From the IMG/VR virus record IMGVR_UViG_3300046820_000298, positions 1 through 64,000 of that record: a DNA stretch of 64,000 bases. One strand, given 5' to 3'. Shown in pieces: positions 51,477-59,149 of this stretch. The DNA comes from a virus. The notes below the pieces were generated by a model that saw nothing but the letters and a program-made list of their open reading frames with translations, did no database searches and was not told the DNA's origin. The position numbers and the translations under genes are program-made. Every line of letters starts with the position of its first letter. Positions within the stretch are counted from its first letter, which is position 1.

Positions 51477-51973
51477 TACTCACTGTATTTGTTAGTTTTA
51501 ACGCCTGCTCTGTTAGGGTTATCCTTAGCTTGTTGCTTCTGTACCAGTTCTTCCAGTCTATCCAGTCCTTCGATTACCTCCCCAATCTTAGATAAGTTAG
51601 CAACAAGGTCTTTTGCTTGGTAAAGTAGCTTCCCGTTCTCATCCATAGCTGTAAGATCGATGTCTTTGAAGTACCTTTCTAGCTTATTAACTGCAGACCT
51701 AGCTGACTTAAGCAGCTTTATTGCATGAGTATCAGCTAGTTCCCTGTACTTCTGCAATCCTGCATGTAAGTTTGGGGTTGACTTTACTTTTAAATCTTCT
51801 AATAGCTTAGTCTTTCTTTCTTCTTCGTCGTAAGCTGCATAGCTAGACCTGTGGTCAGCAAAGAAGTAGATAAATGCTAACTCTTTTGCAGTTAACTTCT
51901 CAAATTCTGGGATAGTCAGAGCATACGGAGATGGGATAACTACATTATTGCTTATTGTTAGCAAGTCTTTCAT
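51476..51973 (-). CDS. conserved protein upstream of TerL (possible small terminase)
   Basis: ELAFIYFFADHRSSY motif. Helical, and translationally coupled to terL. Confidence 0.55.
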   Translation of the reverse strand: MKDLLTISNNVVIPSPYALTIPEFEKLTAKELAFIYFFADHRSSYAAYDEEERKTKLLEDLKVKSTPNLHAGLQKYRELADTHAIKLLKSARSAVNKLERYFKDIDLTAMDENGKLLYQAKDLVANLSKIGEVIEGLDRLEELVQKQQAKDNPNRAGVKTNKYSE

Positions 51974-52184
51974 TTTTGCGCCTAGTTTTCTCGTTTAGAT
52001 GGGCTATGCGCTCACTTTTAGCAGAGAACGCCCCAAAATATGGGAGTCTAATTGTAGCAAACTTCCCCTCTTTCATAATCTTAGCTACATACTTAAATTG
52101 GAAGTAGATAATCTCCTCTACTTTTTGTAGTGGGAGGTTATGCTTAGTGGCCAACTTCTGGATTATGATTTTCTCCTTATTCAT
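51945..52184 (-). CDS. HU/IHF-like DNA-binding protein
   Basis: IIQKLATKHNL...VEEII...IRLPYFGAF HU-type signature. Confidence 0.75.
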   Translation of the reverse strand: MNKEKIIIQKLATKHNLPLQKVEEIIYFQFKYVAKIMKEGKFATIRLPYFGAFSAKSERIAHLNEKTRRKNERLANNKQ

Positions 52185-52471
52185 TTACGGAGATTAATCG
52201 GTTTTCCCGACTTTCCTACTGAGACAGGTTTCCATCTAGATGGTTCATCAGGGCATTTAGCTGTTTGCCAACTAGCTTTTTGCTCTATGTAGCATCCACA
52301 TAGACCACACTGCTTAGTATCTTTTAAAAGATTTGGGCATTCATGGCAAGTTGATATTCTTTCTTCGTATTGTTCTTGAGTTACAGAAGGCATTCCAGCT
52401 GCAACGTACTCGATAGAGGCTTTTGCAAAGTTTGCAGCCATCTTAAGTATTGACGGAGTTTTATTACTCAT
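52181..52471 (-). CDS. Cys-rich Zn-binding small protein (DUF6171-like)
   Basis: RISTCHECP...QCGLCGC...K...CP...W. Confidence 0.7.
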   Translation of the reverse strand: MSNKTPSILKMAANFAKASIEYVAAGMPSVTQEQYEERISTCHECPNLLKDTKQCGLCGCYIEQKASWQTAKCPDEPSRWKPVSVGKSGKPINLRK

Positions 52472-52614
52472 TCTTCTTCAAAGTTTGGTGTTGCTAATTC
52501 AGTTAAATGTAACACTTCTACATTACCTCTCCCATCCTGCACCACTGTCAAGGAGTAATAGCCTATGTAGAACATAGTTACTATCTTGTTTGGTGGGATG
52601 AATAGTGGTTTCAT
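52468..52614 (-). CDS. 48-aa hypothetical protein (not in ORF track)
   Basis: MKPLFIPPNK...NFEEE. Fills the gap exactly, with ATGA overlaps at both ends. Confidence 0.65.
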   Translation of the reverse strand: MKPLFIPPNKIVTMFYIGYYSLTVVQDGRGNVEVLHLTELATPNFEEE

Positions 52615-52940
52615 ACAGGGATTATGTTGATTTGAACCGGCTCTTTTTTTAGAATAGCAGCAAGTTCATATCCATTTTTATTTTGGACTATGGCCCCCTT
52701 ATCTTTTAACCTTTTTACATAGTTATTAAGGGTGTTGTGGTCCTTAATCTCTAACTTCTCAGATACTTTCTTTTTATTAGCCGGGGAACATAGGTTAACA
52801 GTCTCACTCAAATCGATGAATTCAGCTAAGACTTTAAGTTCTGTATCCGTAAGCTCTAGTATCCCATTAAATATCTGGAGAAACTTCTGAGTCGTATCCG
52901 TTTTGATGTTCACTCTTCGGATGGTCGGTTGGTTCTTCAT
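52611..52940 (-). CDS. putative winged-helix DNA-binding protein
   Basis: LTDTELKVL...KVSEKLEI...TLNNYVKRLKDKGAI. Confidence 0.6.
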   Translation of the reverse strand: MKNQPTIRRVNIKTDTTQKFLQIFNGILELTDTELKVLAEFIDLSETVNLCSPANKKKVSEKLEIKDHNTLNNYVKRLKDKGAIVQNKNGYELAAILKKEPVQINIIPV

Positions 52941-53172
52941 TAGTAATTTGTATTTTGGCTCGTCCTTCTACGATTCTAATCTTGCATCTTTTTGAGTAAC
53001 TATTGAACTCATCAATGTGCTCATCAATGTTCTCTCTAGTTACTAGAAATGAAAGAAAAACCTCCAATTCCTTGGCGGCTTTTATGATCTCTTCGGATGC
53101 TTTATTCCCTGATTCTGCTTGTTTACGTAGAGATTCAAAGTCAGCTAGGGATATTGTTACTGTCCCTACCAT
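52867..53172 (-). CDS. hypothetical protein
   Basis: 101 aa following groES. Its 3' end overlaps the next gene. Confidence 0.55.
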   Translation of the reverse strand: MVGTVTISLADFESLRKQAESGNKASEEIIKAAKELEVFLSFLVTRENIDEHIDEFNSYSKRCKIRIVEGRAKIQITNEEPTDHPKSEHQNGYDSEVSPDI

Positions 53173-53176
53173 CTTT

Positions 53177-53446
53177 TTACTTATTTATAACTCCAAGCAG
53201 CATGAATTCATTCACCATTACATACTGAGTTCCATCTACTTCGATGATTACTCCTTCTGTGTGTGGATGAACGTAGACGGTGTCCCCTTCTTTTACTTGT
53301 TTGCACTCTGGACCAACCTTGAGAGCCTCGAGGATGTTAGACTTAAGTGAATTAGCAGCTTCATCAGAAAGAACGATTCCGCTGTCTGTTACTTTTTTGT
53401 GTGGGATTGGGAGAACTACCCAATCTCTGGTAGGATTAAAGTTCAT
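53177..53446 (-). CDS. groES: co-chaperonin GroES (Cpn10)
   Basis: NPTRDWVVL...TDSGIVL (mobile loop)...VGP...VKEGDTV...IEVDGTQYVMVNE..LLG. Confidence 0.85.
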   Translation of the reverse strand: MNFNPTRDWVVLPIPHKKVTDSGIVLSDEAANSLKSNILEALKVGPECKQVKEGDTVYVHPHTEGVIIEVDGTQYVMVNEFMLLGVINK

Positions 53447-53464
53447 GTTACGTTTGGTTTTATG

Positions 53465-53472
53465 CAAATGTA
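53465..53472 (-). promoter_or_regulatory. TAnnTTTG -7 element upstream of groES
   Basis: TACATTTG in the intergenic gap, 18 nt before ATG 53446. Confidence 0.5.
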
Positions 53473-53502
53473 ATAAGACTTTTTATATAGTCAATAGTTT
53501 TA

Positions 53503-53958
53503 TTATAAAATTGCAAAATAAACTGTAGTTAGCAGCAATCCTGTAGTACTGATAGTAAGCAAAGCAGTCTTAACTCTAAGACCTCGGTTCTCTTTCTTCA
53601 AAGTTTTAACTAATAACTCGTTCTCAGTCTTAATGGCTAGATCGATAGCCCTTTTATTCTCATATGCCTGCATGAGCATATCAGTGTTATTAGTTTGAAT
53701 ACCAGTGATTTTGCTATAAATCTTAACTTTCTCTGCCTCCATACGGTACAAAGTATCTAGTGTATTGGCAGTTTGATACCAATACATCATAGAGTTAAAG
53801 TTCAGATTAATTAGCTGTACTTGGTAGTTTGATAACACGGGAATAGAATCCGCTTTTGAGTAGCGAGTCTGAGGCCCTAAAAGTTTCTGCGAGTCTGCGG
53901 TTATTATGCTTAGAGTCAGAGCTAAGAATATTGTAAACCTCTTGAGTGTAGTATTCAT
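53503..53958 (-). CDS. spanin-like / lysis-associated membrane protein
   Basis: Signal peptide, coiled coil and C-terminal hydrophobic helix. Overlaps the upstream gene in the lysis cassette. Confidence 0.5.
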   Translation of the reverse strand: MNTTLKRFTIFLALTLSIITADSQKLLGPQTRYSKADSIPVLSNYQVQLINLNFNSMMYWYQTANTLDTLYRMEAEKVKIYSKITGIQTNNTDMLMQAYENKRAIDLAIKTENELLVKTLKKENRGLRVKTALLTISTTGLLLTTVYFAIL

Positions 53959-54196
53959 TGATTACTTTTTGGTTATAAATTAGTGTATCCGATACAATGT
54001 TTAGAGAATCAATCTTAAAGCCTAAAGAGTCAATCTTTAAATTGTTTACCTCTATAACCTTAAATAGACTGTCGTTTATCTCCTCCAACCTTGTTTGTGC
54101 TGGGTTATCATTTTGTTTTAAAAAGACCTTTGCCAGTACTAGCAGAGAGCAAATTGCTATCCCCCATGCTATGTAGTTAATTATCCTTTTCTCCAT
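53807..54196 (-). CDS. i-spanin-like protein
   Basis: N-terminal TM helix followed by a coiled coil (KIDSL repeats). Downstream of the endolysin. Confidence 0.55.
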   Translation of the reverse strand: MEKRIINYIAWGIAICSLLVLAKVFLKQNDNPAQTRLEEINDSLFKVIEVNNLKIDSLGFKIDSLNIVSDTLIYNQKVINEYYTQEVYNILSSDSKHNNRRLAETFRASDSLLKSGFYSRVIKLPSTAN

Positions 54197-54768
54197 CTAG
54201 TTATGTGTATTGATTTATTTAGTGGTCTAATCTTTTTGTAAACCCCGTCTCCTGATCTGCTGTCTCTTGCCCCAAACTCATTTGTATTTCCCTCTATTGT
54301 CTGCACTGAGTACTTCCCAATTGCATACACAATCCCTGTGTGCCCGATACTCTTGTATCTACCATTGGACATTTTGTTGTAGTAAGATAGGGTCATAACT
54401 AATACATCTCTCATAGAGTACTTCTGATAAAATCTCCCGTTAGTGTATATTACATCCTCTTTGTTGTAAGCACTTGGAGACCAACCAGTTATTGTGTTTG
54501 GGATACTACATTCACTAAGCATTGCCATAACAAAAAAGGAGCACCAAGCATATCCTGGCCTCCATCCTTGTTCGTACAATAATTTTTGAAGTTCAGAGTC
54601 AGAGAAACCTTTGTTGTTTCCCCCTTTCTCATGAACTCCTACATAGTTGTCTGCGGTAATTCTAACACAGTACCCGTTCCCGTAGCGATCATAACGAGCC
54701 ACAGAATTAGCAGGAAGGAAAGTAACAACCCAAAGTAGACAAGAAAGTATAATTTTATTTTTTGCCAT
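54181..54768 (-). CDS. CHAP-domain endolysin with N-terminal signal peptide
   Basis: YVGVHEKGGNN, AWCSFFV (catalytic Cys), GHTGIV (His), TIEGNT. Confidence 0.85.
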   Translation of the reverse strand: MAKNKIILSCLLWVVTFLPANSVARYDRYGNGYCVRITADNYVGVHEKGGNNKGFSDSELQKLLYEQGWRPGYAWCSFFVMAMLSECSIPNTITGWSPSAYNKEDVIYTNGRFYQKYSMRDVLVMTLSYYNKMSNGRYKSIGHTGIVYAIGKYSVQTIEGNTNEFGARDSRSGDGVYKKIRPLNKSIHITRWRKG

Positions 54769-55085
54769 GCTGTAAGTTCTGCTCTTGCAGTCAGCCTCAT
54801 CTCTTTTGAGTAAAAGGCTTGTTGCAGTTTTCTAAAGTTAAAGTTTATTCCTAGGAATACTACAAAGTTAGCAAAAACTAATATCATTGCAGCCATCATA
54901 ACTTGCTGGAGATATTGTATTGATATCAATGGGTCTCCAAAGTAAGTCTCACTTAGGTATCCCCCGTATACAAATGCAAGGAATGCTAGTGGGATAGACC
55001 ATACCCCATCAAGGAGTTGAAGTCTGTATTTTATTGATTTGCTAATATAGCTATTTGAGTTTGTTCTCTTTTTAGTTTCACTCAT
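54639..55085 (-). CDS. holin-like membrane protein (3 TM)
   Basis: Three hydrophobic segments. Upstream of, and overlapping, the endolysin. Confidence 0.55.
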   Translation of the reverse strand: MSETKKRTNSNSYISKSIKYRLQLLDGVWSIPLAFLAFVYGGYLSETYFGDPLISIQYLQQVMMAAMILVFANFVVFLGINFNFRKLQQAFYSKEMRLTARAELTAWQKIKLYFLVYFGLLLSFLLILWLVMIATGTGTVLELPQTTM

Positions 55086-55097
55086 TTTTTATGTGTA

Positions 55098-55349
55098 TTA
55101 AATAGGCGGGTTAGTTAACAAAGTTATAAACTTTAAGAATGCATTGTTAGAGTTCTGATAAAGTAAGTCTGCAAATATAGCTACATTACTTGGATCTTGT
55201 AAAGCCGGGAAAGCTATTTCGTGTTCACTGTTGTTAGTATCAGGGTTTGCATCAACTATAAATACTATGTCTCCCCCAGTATCTTTTGATACAGTAAGCA
55301 CCCCTTTAAGTACTTGAGCTTCAGTGTCGTAAGTGTAAGTGTAAGCCAT
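55098..55349 (-). CDS. hypothetical protein (fibre-associated)
   Basis: 83 aa, coupled to the fibre stop codon. Confidence 0.55.
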   Translation of the reverse strand: MAYTYTYDTEAQVLKGVLTVSKDTGGDIVFIVDANPDTNNSEHEIAFPALQDPSNVAIFADLLYQNSNNAFLKFITLLTNPPI

Positions 55350-57253
55350 TATATTGTCCAGATTGTTGTTATTGTAATTATAGTAGCCGATCCAACTGTG
55401 GTACTATTATTTTGAATCTTAATTGCTATTCTATCAGATGCAGCAACACTCACACTACCAGTAGCTGTAAATGTCCCAGCAGCACTACCAGCTGCTATTG
55501 TTAAAGCTAAGGATGTATCTGCTGTATTAGAACGTACAGTAAAGACAAGGCTTCCTGTTGCTGTCTGTGTATTGTTTGTTATTACTGTAATAGCTGATGC
55601 TGTTGCAGCAATCCCAAAAGCAGAAACCCTTACGTTTTCAGTAGAGTTACTTACTGAAGCTAATCCAGAGTAAGTAGTGGTGTTTATACCTACGTTAGTT
55701 CCCGGAGTAGCAACAAGAGCACTAGACCTAGATCCAGTTGTACTCCACGACCTGTTAGCACTTAAGTCATATGTAGTCCCATCAATAGTAAGTGTCCTTG
55801 TTGACGGAACTTTGTCATTAAATGTACTCCAATCTGTAGAACTGAGCTTACCTGTATTAGTAGCAGAGGCAGTAGGGAGGTTAAAAGTATGTGTAGTACT
55901 TGCTGAACTTATAGCAAAGTCAGTACCTGATGTTCCTGTAGCAAAAGTCTGAGTTGCCCCAGTCAATCCGTTAAGAGATGTTATTGCTGCACTAAGTGGA
56001 GTGTAACCTAGTATTGTTGAGATAGATGCAGTTTTCCACTGTGCAGGGGAGACTGAGTTATCATACCATAGTGTATCTTTTAATGATGGGGTTCTTGCTT
56101 GTACGTTATGTAGCTCATCTAACTCATACCCATTTTGTACTTTAACGTACATTCTCCCTGCAGAACCTGGGCTGGCTGTTGTAACAACACCAAGGTAGAC
56201 AAGGTGGTTAGGGGCATATGGTTTAACATTAGTTATAGACCCGGCTGTAGCTCCAAGATAAACTGTATCCCCATCAGCAAAAGTAGAAGTTGGGAGGATA
56301 CTTAATCCATCCAACAACCCTTGCATCATTATCAATCCTTTTTGGTTTGCAGCAATAGATGTAGATAACACAAGCCCTACTGTCTGAGCTGATGTAGCAT
56401 CTGCAGTGTTAGCTGCTCTTTTAACAGTCATTCTATCCCCGGTACCACTAAAAGCATAAACTGCTTGACCCTTAGTTAAAGTTACTGAGTCATCATTAGT
56501 TACATAACCAAGAAGTGTGTTAGGGGCTGTCCCAATGGCTTGGAATCCACCAAGAGTAGAGTTATAAATGCACAGCATCTCTCCTCCATTAACTATATCC
56601 CCACCTATTAAAGCCCCGTCATTGTTTCTATAGAGAGTTACTGCCCCAATAGAATTTATGTTTAATGTACATCCAGTAGTATTCCCATTAGTAAACCTAA
56701 TTAGATAAGCATCCCCATCATTGTAGGCTGTTACCCCTGTAAGAGTTACTGTGTAAGTATCTGTTCCTGAGGCTGTTCCGTGTAGAATTCCACTCCCAGT
56801 ACCTGCTCCAGCTATTGTAAAGCTTGGGTAAGTCCCAGTAACAGTTACCCCTGAAGTCCCAGTTAAGCTAACTACTTGGTCAGGAGCTGAGTTAGTTACA
56901 GTTATATTCCCTGATGTAGTAATAGGGTTAGTTCCAGACAATGAAATCCCAGTCCCAGCTGTTAGCTGTACTGATGTAACAGTTCCTGTACCTCCCCCAG
57001 AAGCTGATATAGTCAATATCCCATCAAGGTTAGTTATTGTAATCCCACTCCCAGCTTGGATTAAGTCAGTTAGATACTTAAATCTAAATGCATCCCTTCT
57101 TAAGCTGTTAGTGTAAGATGTAAGTACTTGGTTAGGGAAGATGTTATCAGTCCTCTTATAGTACAGCTCATTAGTAGTATCTACATCAAGCAGCTGTTTA
57201 AGGCTGATATCAACCTTAGTTATCTTATTTTGTTTATAGAAAGGGGATTGCAT
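55349..57253 (-). CDS. tail fibre / receptor-binding protein
   Basis: 634 aa and Thr/Gly/Ser-rich. TVTSVQLTAGTGIS, YELDELHNV, ITSLNGLTGATQ and ASATNTGKLSSTDW fibre modules. Confidence 0.75.
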   Translation of the reverse strand: MQSPFYKQNKITKVDISLKQLLDVDTTNELYYKRTDNIFPNQVLTSYTNSLRRDAFRFKYLTDLIQAGSGITITNLDGILTISASGGGTGTVTSVQLTAGTGISLSGTNPITTSGNITVTNSAPDQVVSLTGTSGVTVTGTYPSFTIAGAGTGSGILHGTASGTDTYTVTLTGVTAYNDGDAYLIRFTNGNTTGCTLNINSIGAVTLYRNNDGALIGGDIVNGGEMLCIYNSTLGGFQAIGTAPNTLLGYVTNDDSVTLTKGQAVYAFSGTGDRMTVKRAANTADATSAQTVGLVLSTSIAANQKGLIMMQGLLDGLSILPTSTFADGDTVYLGATAGSITNVKPYAPNHLVYLGVVTTASPGSAGRMYVKVQNGYELDELHNVQARTPSLKDTLWYDNSVSPAQWKTASISTILGYTPLSAAITSLNGLTGATQTFATGTSGTDFAISSASTTHTFNLPTASATNTGKLSSTDWSTFNDKVPSTRTLTIDGTTYDLSANRSWSTTGSRSSALVATPGTNVGINTTTYSGLASVSNSTENVRVSAFGIAATASAITVITNNTQTATGSLVFTVRSNTADTSLALTIAAGSAAGTFTATGSVSVAASDRIAIKIQNNSTTVGSATIITITTIWTI

Positions 57254-57483
57254 TAGTTTTTCTTAGCTTGGGCTTGTATCCTTAGATGAGTCTTCTCTTG
57301 TTCTGCTGCCATGATAGCCATGATACCTCGTAGCTCCTCATATGAAAACTGGCACACAAACTTCTCCTCTTCATCCAAAAACTGCACAACTTTATCATCT
57401 ACATATACTCCCATGTAGGTTAGACACTCATCCCCAGTTGTAAACGGAGGTTGATACAATCCTGTTTTAATGGTGGTAGGCAT
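57253..57483 (-). CDS. hypothetical protein
   Basis: Likely start MPTTIK at 57483 after an AT-rich leader. Coupled to the fibre gene. Confidence 0.55.
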   Translation of the reverse strand: MPTTIKTGLYQPPFTTGDECLTYMGVYVDDKVVQFLDEEEKFVCQFSYEELRGIMAIMAAEQEKTHLRIQAQAKKN

Positions 57484-57582
57484 AAAATTGTACTTTAAAA
57501 TTTTAGATAAAAGTACAAAAACTTTCCCAATTGGGCACACCTATCCCCTTAGAGATTTTTTTGTTTAAAATTAACTTTCAGT

Positions 57583-57790
57583 TTTGCCGTTTTTAGCCTT
57601 CGGTGGGACGTTCCATTCTTCCCTATAGTCTTTATCCACCCCAAAACCTTATGTCAATTCTTTTTCTGCAACTATCGGGGACAACTTTTGTACTCTATGT
57701 TATTGAAAGTGAGTACAATAGAACCCAACGTCTGACCCCCTACTTACCTTTTGGCCCTCAGGGGTGATCATTCCATTGAATGGTTGCTAG
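57583..57790 (-). ncRNA. candidate structured non-coding RNA (unassigned family)
   Basis: ORF-free and GC-richer, with nested helices whose G-U pairs work on the - strand. TAACTTTG promoter element at 57792-57799. Confidence 0.5.
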
Positions 57791-57804
57791 GCAAAGTTAG
57801 ACAA

Positions 57805-57945
57805 TTATCCTTGCCCCTGTGACATTTTTTTATAAAGTTTTGAACTTTTAAGTTTAGAACTCTTTTTCTTAGCATGTACCCCTGGACGTTTCTTTCTAGT
57901 GTTAGGACTGAACCCATTGACTGTGTTTACTTTAGCTTTAGCCAT
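57805..57945 (-). CDS. 46-aa highly basic protein (not in ORF track)
   Basis: MAKAKVNTVNGFSPNTRKKRPGVHAKKKSSKLKSSKLYKKMSQGQG. Promoter element TAAATTTG at 57962-57969. Confidence 0.7.
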   Translation of the reverse strand: MAKAKVNTVNGFSPNTRKKRPGVHAKKKSSKLKSSKLYKKMSQGQG

Positions 57946-58035
57946 TTTGTTTATTTTGTCACAAATTTAATATGAAAAATGTTACGAACTTTGATTATCT
58001 TCGTGACCTAACAATTTAACCCAAATCTAAATCTC

Positions 58036-58356
58036 ATGTTCCCAATCACATCAACTAACGAGGAGAAAGTTCTCGTATCTATCAATCCAACTACTGCTGC
58101 TGGAAATCCTGCAACTGTTGACGGAGTTCCAACTTGGACTGTTGTCGAAGGTGACGCAACTGTAGAATTATCTGGTGATGGCCTTTCTGCTTACATCATC
58201 TCTGGTTCAGCTAACGTAGTTAACATGATCGAAATATCAGCTGATGCTGACCTCGATGCTGAAGAAGTTCGTACTATTACTGAAACTATCGTTTACACAG
58301 TAGTTGCTGCTGAGGCTCAAGCTCTCGGAATCAATGCTGCTGTTGAACCTAAGTAA
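58036..58356 (+). CDS. small Ig-like / beta-sandwich protein
   Basis: VSINPTTAAGNPATVDGVPTW...DGLSAYI. Acidic, with highly expressed codon usage. Confidence 0.65.
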   Translation: MFPITSTNEEKVLVSINPTTAAGNPATVDGVPTWTVVEGDATVELSGDGLSAYIISGSANVVNMIEISADADLDAEEVRTITETIVYTVVAAEAQALGINAAVEPK

Positions 58357-58368
58357 TCTTAAACTAAG

Positions 58369-58674
58369 ATGAATCTTAACGTATACTTTGACAATGCAAC
58401 TGTCTACAACTTTGAAAAACTCGACGTTAGTGTTGGGGAAAAGTTTAAAGTAGAAGCAGTTAATGCCCCTGCTGGAATTGCATGGTTCTTTGATAATGAC
58501 CCAGTTATAGAAGCTGAAACTATGGAGAATCAAGCAATCATTACAGCAGCTAAAGAAGGATTGACTAACGTGCTTTTTGTAATGAACAATAGCCAAGTTA
58601 TCCACAAGTTTACTATTAACGTAGTAAATCCCGTAAATTTGAATCCCGTAGTTCTAAACGTAGAACTAAAATAA
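58369..58674 (+). CDS. small Ig-like protein
   Basis: LDVSVGEKF...WFFDNDPVI...ITAAKEG.T.V resembles the bacterial Ig-like group 2 pattern. Confidence 0.6.
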   Translation: MNLNVYFDNATVYNFEKLDVSVGEKFKVEAVNAPAGIAWFFDNDPVIEAETMENQAIITAAKEGLTNVLFVMNNSQVIHKFTINVVNPVNLNPVVLNVELK

Positions 58675-58697
58675 ATTCCGTTCTTACCCTAAGAATT

Positions 58698-58726
58698 AGC
58701 CTCCTTAATTGGGGGCTTTTTCTTTT
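58698..58726 (+). terminator. intrinsic terminator
   Basis: AGCCTCC-TTAATT-GGGGGCT followed by TTTTCTTTT. Confidence 0.8.
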
Positions 58727-58881
58727 CCCTAAAATCCCATTATTGTATGATTTATCCGTCATTAAGCCTTAATTCCGTGGTTAATGACTGATTTATCACA
58801 CATTAAATTTTCTAGCTGGTTAAAAATTTTTTAGTTGGAAATTTTTTGAGAGTGTTGTCCTACGTATTCAAAGACCCCCAC

Positions 58882-58910
58882 TAACTTTGGCGGAGCAAAC
58901 TTCCCTCCGC
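58882..58910 (+). promoter_or_regulatory. Bacteroidota-type -7 promoter element followed by a hairpin
   Basis: TAACTTTG (58882-58889), then a GCGGAG...CTCCGC stem upstream of ATG 58921. Confidence 0.5.
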
Positions 58911-58920
58911 ATCATTTGCT

Positions 58921-59079
58921 ATGAAATCAGCATACTTGTCAGAACGTACTGGCACCCTCGTTATCACCGATCGTACTTGGACTGATGCAGGTCCATCGGA
59001 GAAGTCTTACTTCATCCGTGCTACGGACTCTGACTACCAGCAAGCCATCGACTGGGCTACATCCAAAGGACTCTTATGA
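58921..59079 (+). CDS. 52-aa hypothetical protein (not in ORF track)
   Basis: MKSAYLSERTGTLVITDRTWTDAGPSEKSYFIRATDSDYQQAIDWATSKGLL. Stop codon lies within the hairpin CCAAAGGACTC-TTAT-GAGTCCCTTTGG. Confidence 0.6.
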   Translation: MKSAYLSERTGTLVITDRTWTDAGPSEKSYFIRATDSDYQQAIDWATSKGLL

Positions 59080-59149
59080 GTCCCTTTGGGTTGTTAGCCA
59101 GAGGTTAGAATAACCACTAACTAACTAGCCAACTAACTAATAACTAATT

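Noticed and set aside
3474-55952. Many + strand ORFs of 60-200 aa in the ORF track within the late module
   Set aside because: They are antisense shadows of long - strand genes, with Ser/Leu/Phe-rich composition and no motifs.
1241-57253. Stop-codon reassignment (TAG/TGA), known in some crAss-like phages
   Set aside because: Genes up to 7 kb are uninterrupted under the standard code and tile the region densely. No suppressor tRNA is seen.
57735-57770. Hammerhead ribozyme in the - strand CUGAGG segment
   Set aside because: It lacks the CUGAnGA and GAAA core in the required arrangement.
57583-57795. Outermost TTTGCC/GGCAAA closing helix of the candidate ncRNA
   Set aside because: The GGCAAA arm overlaps the putative -7 promoter element and may not be transcribed, so it was not counted as evidence.
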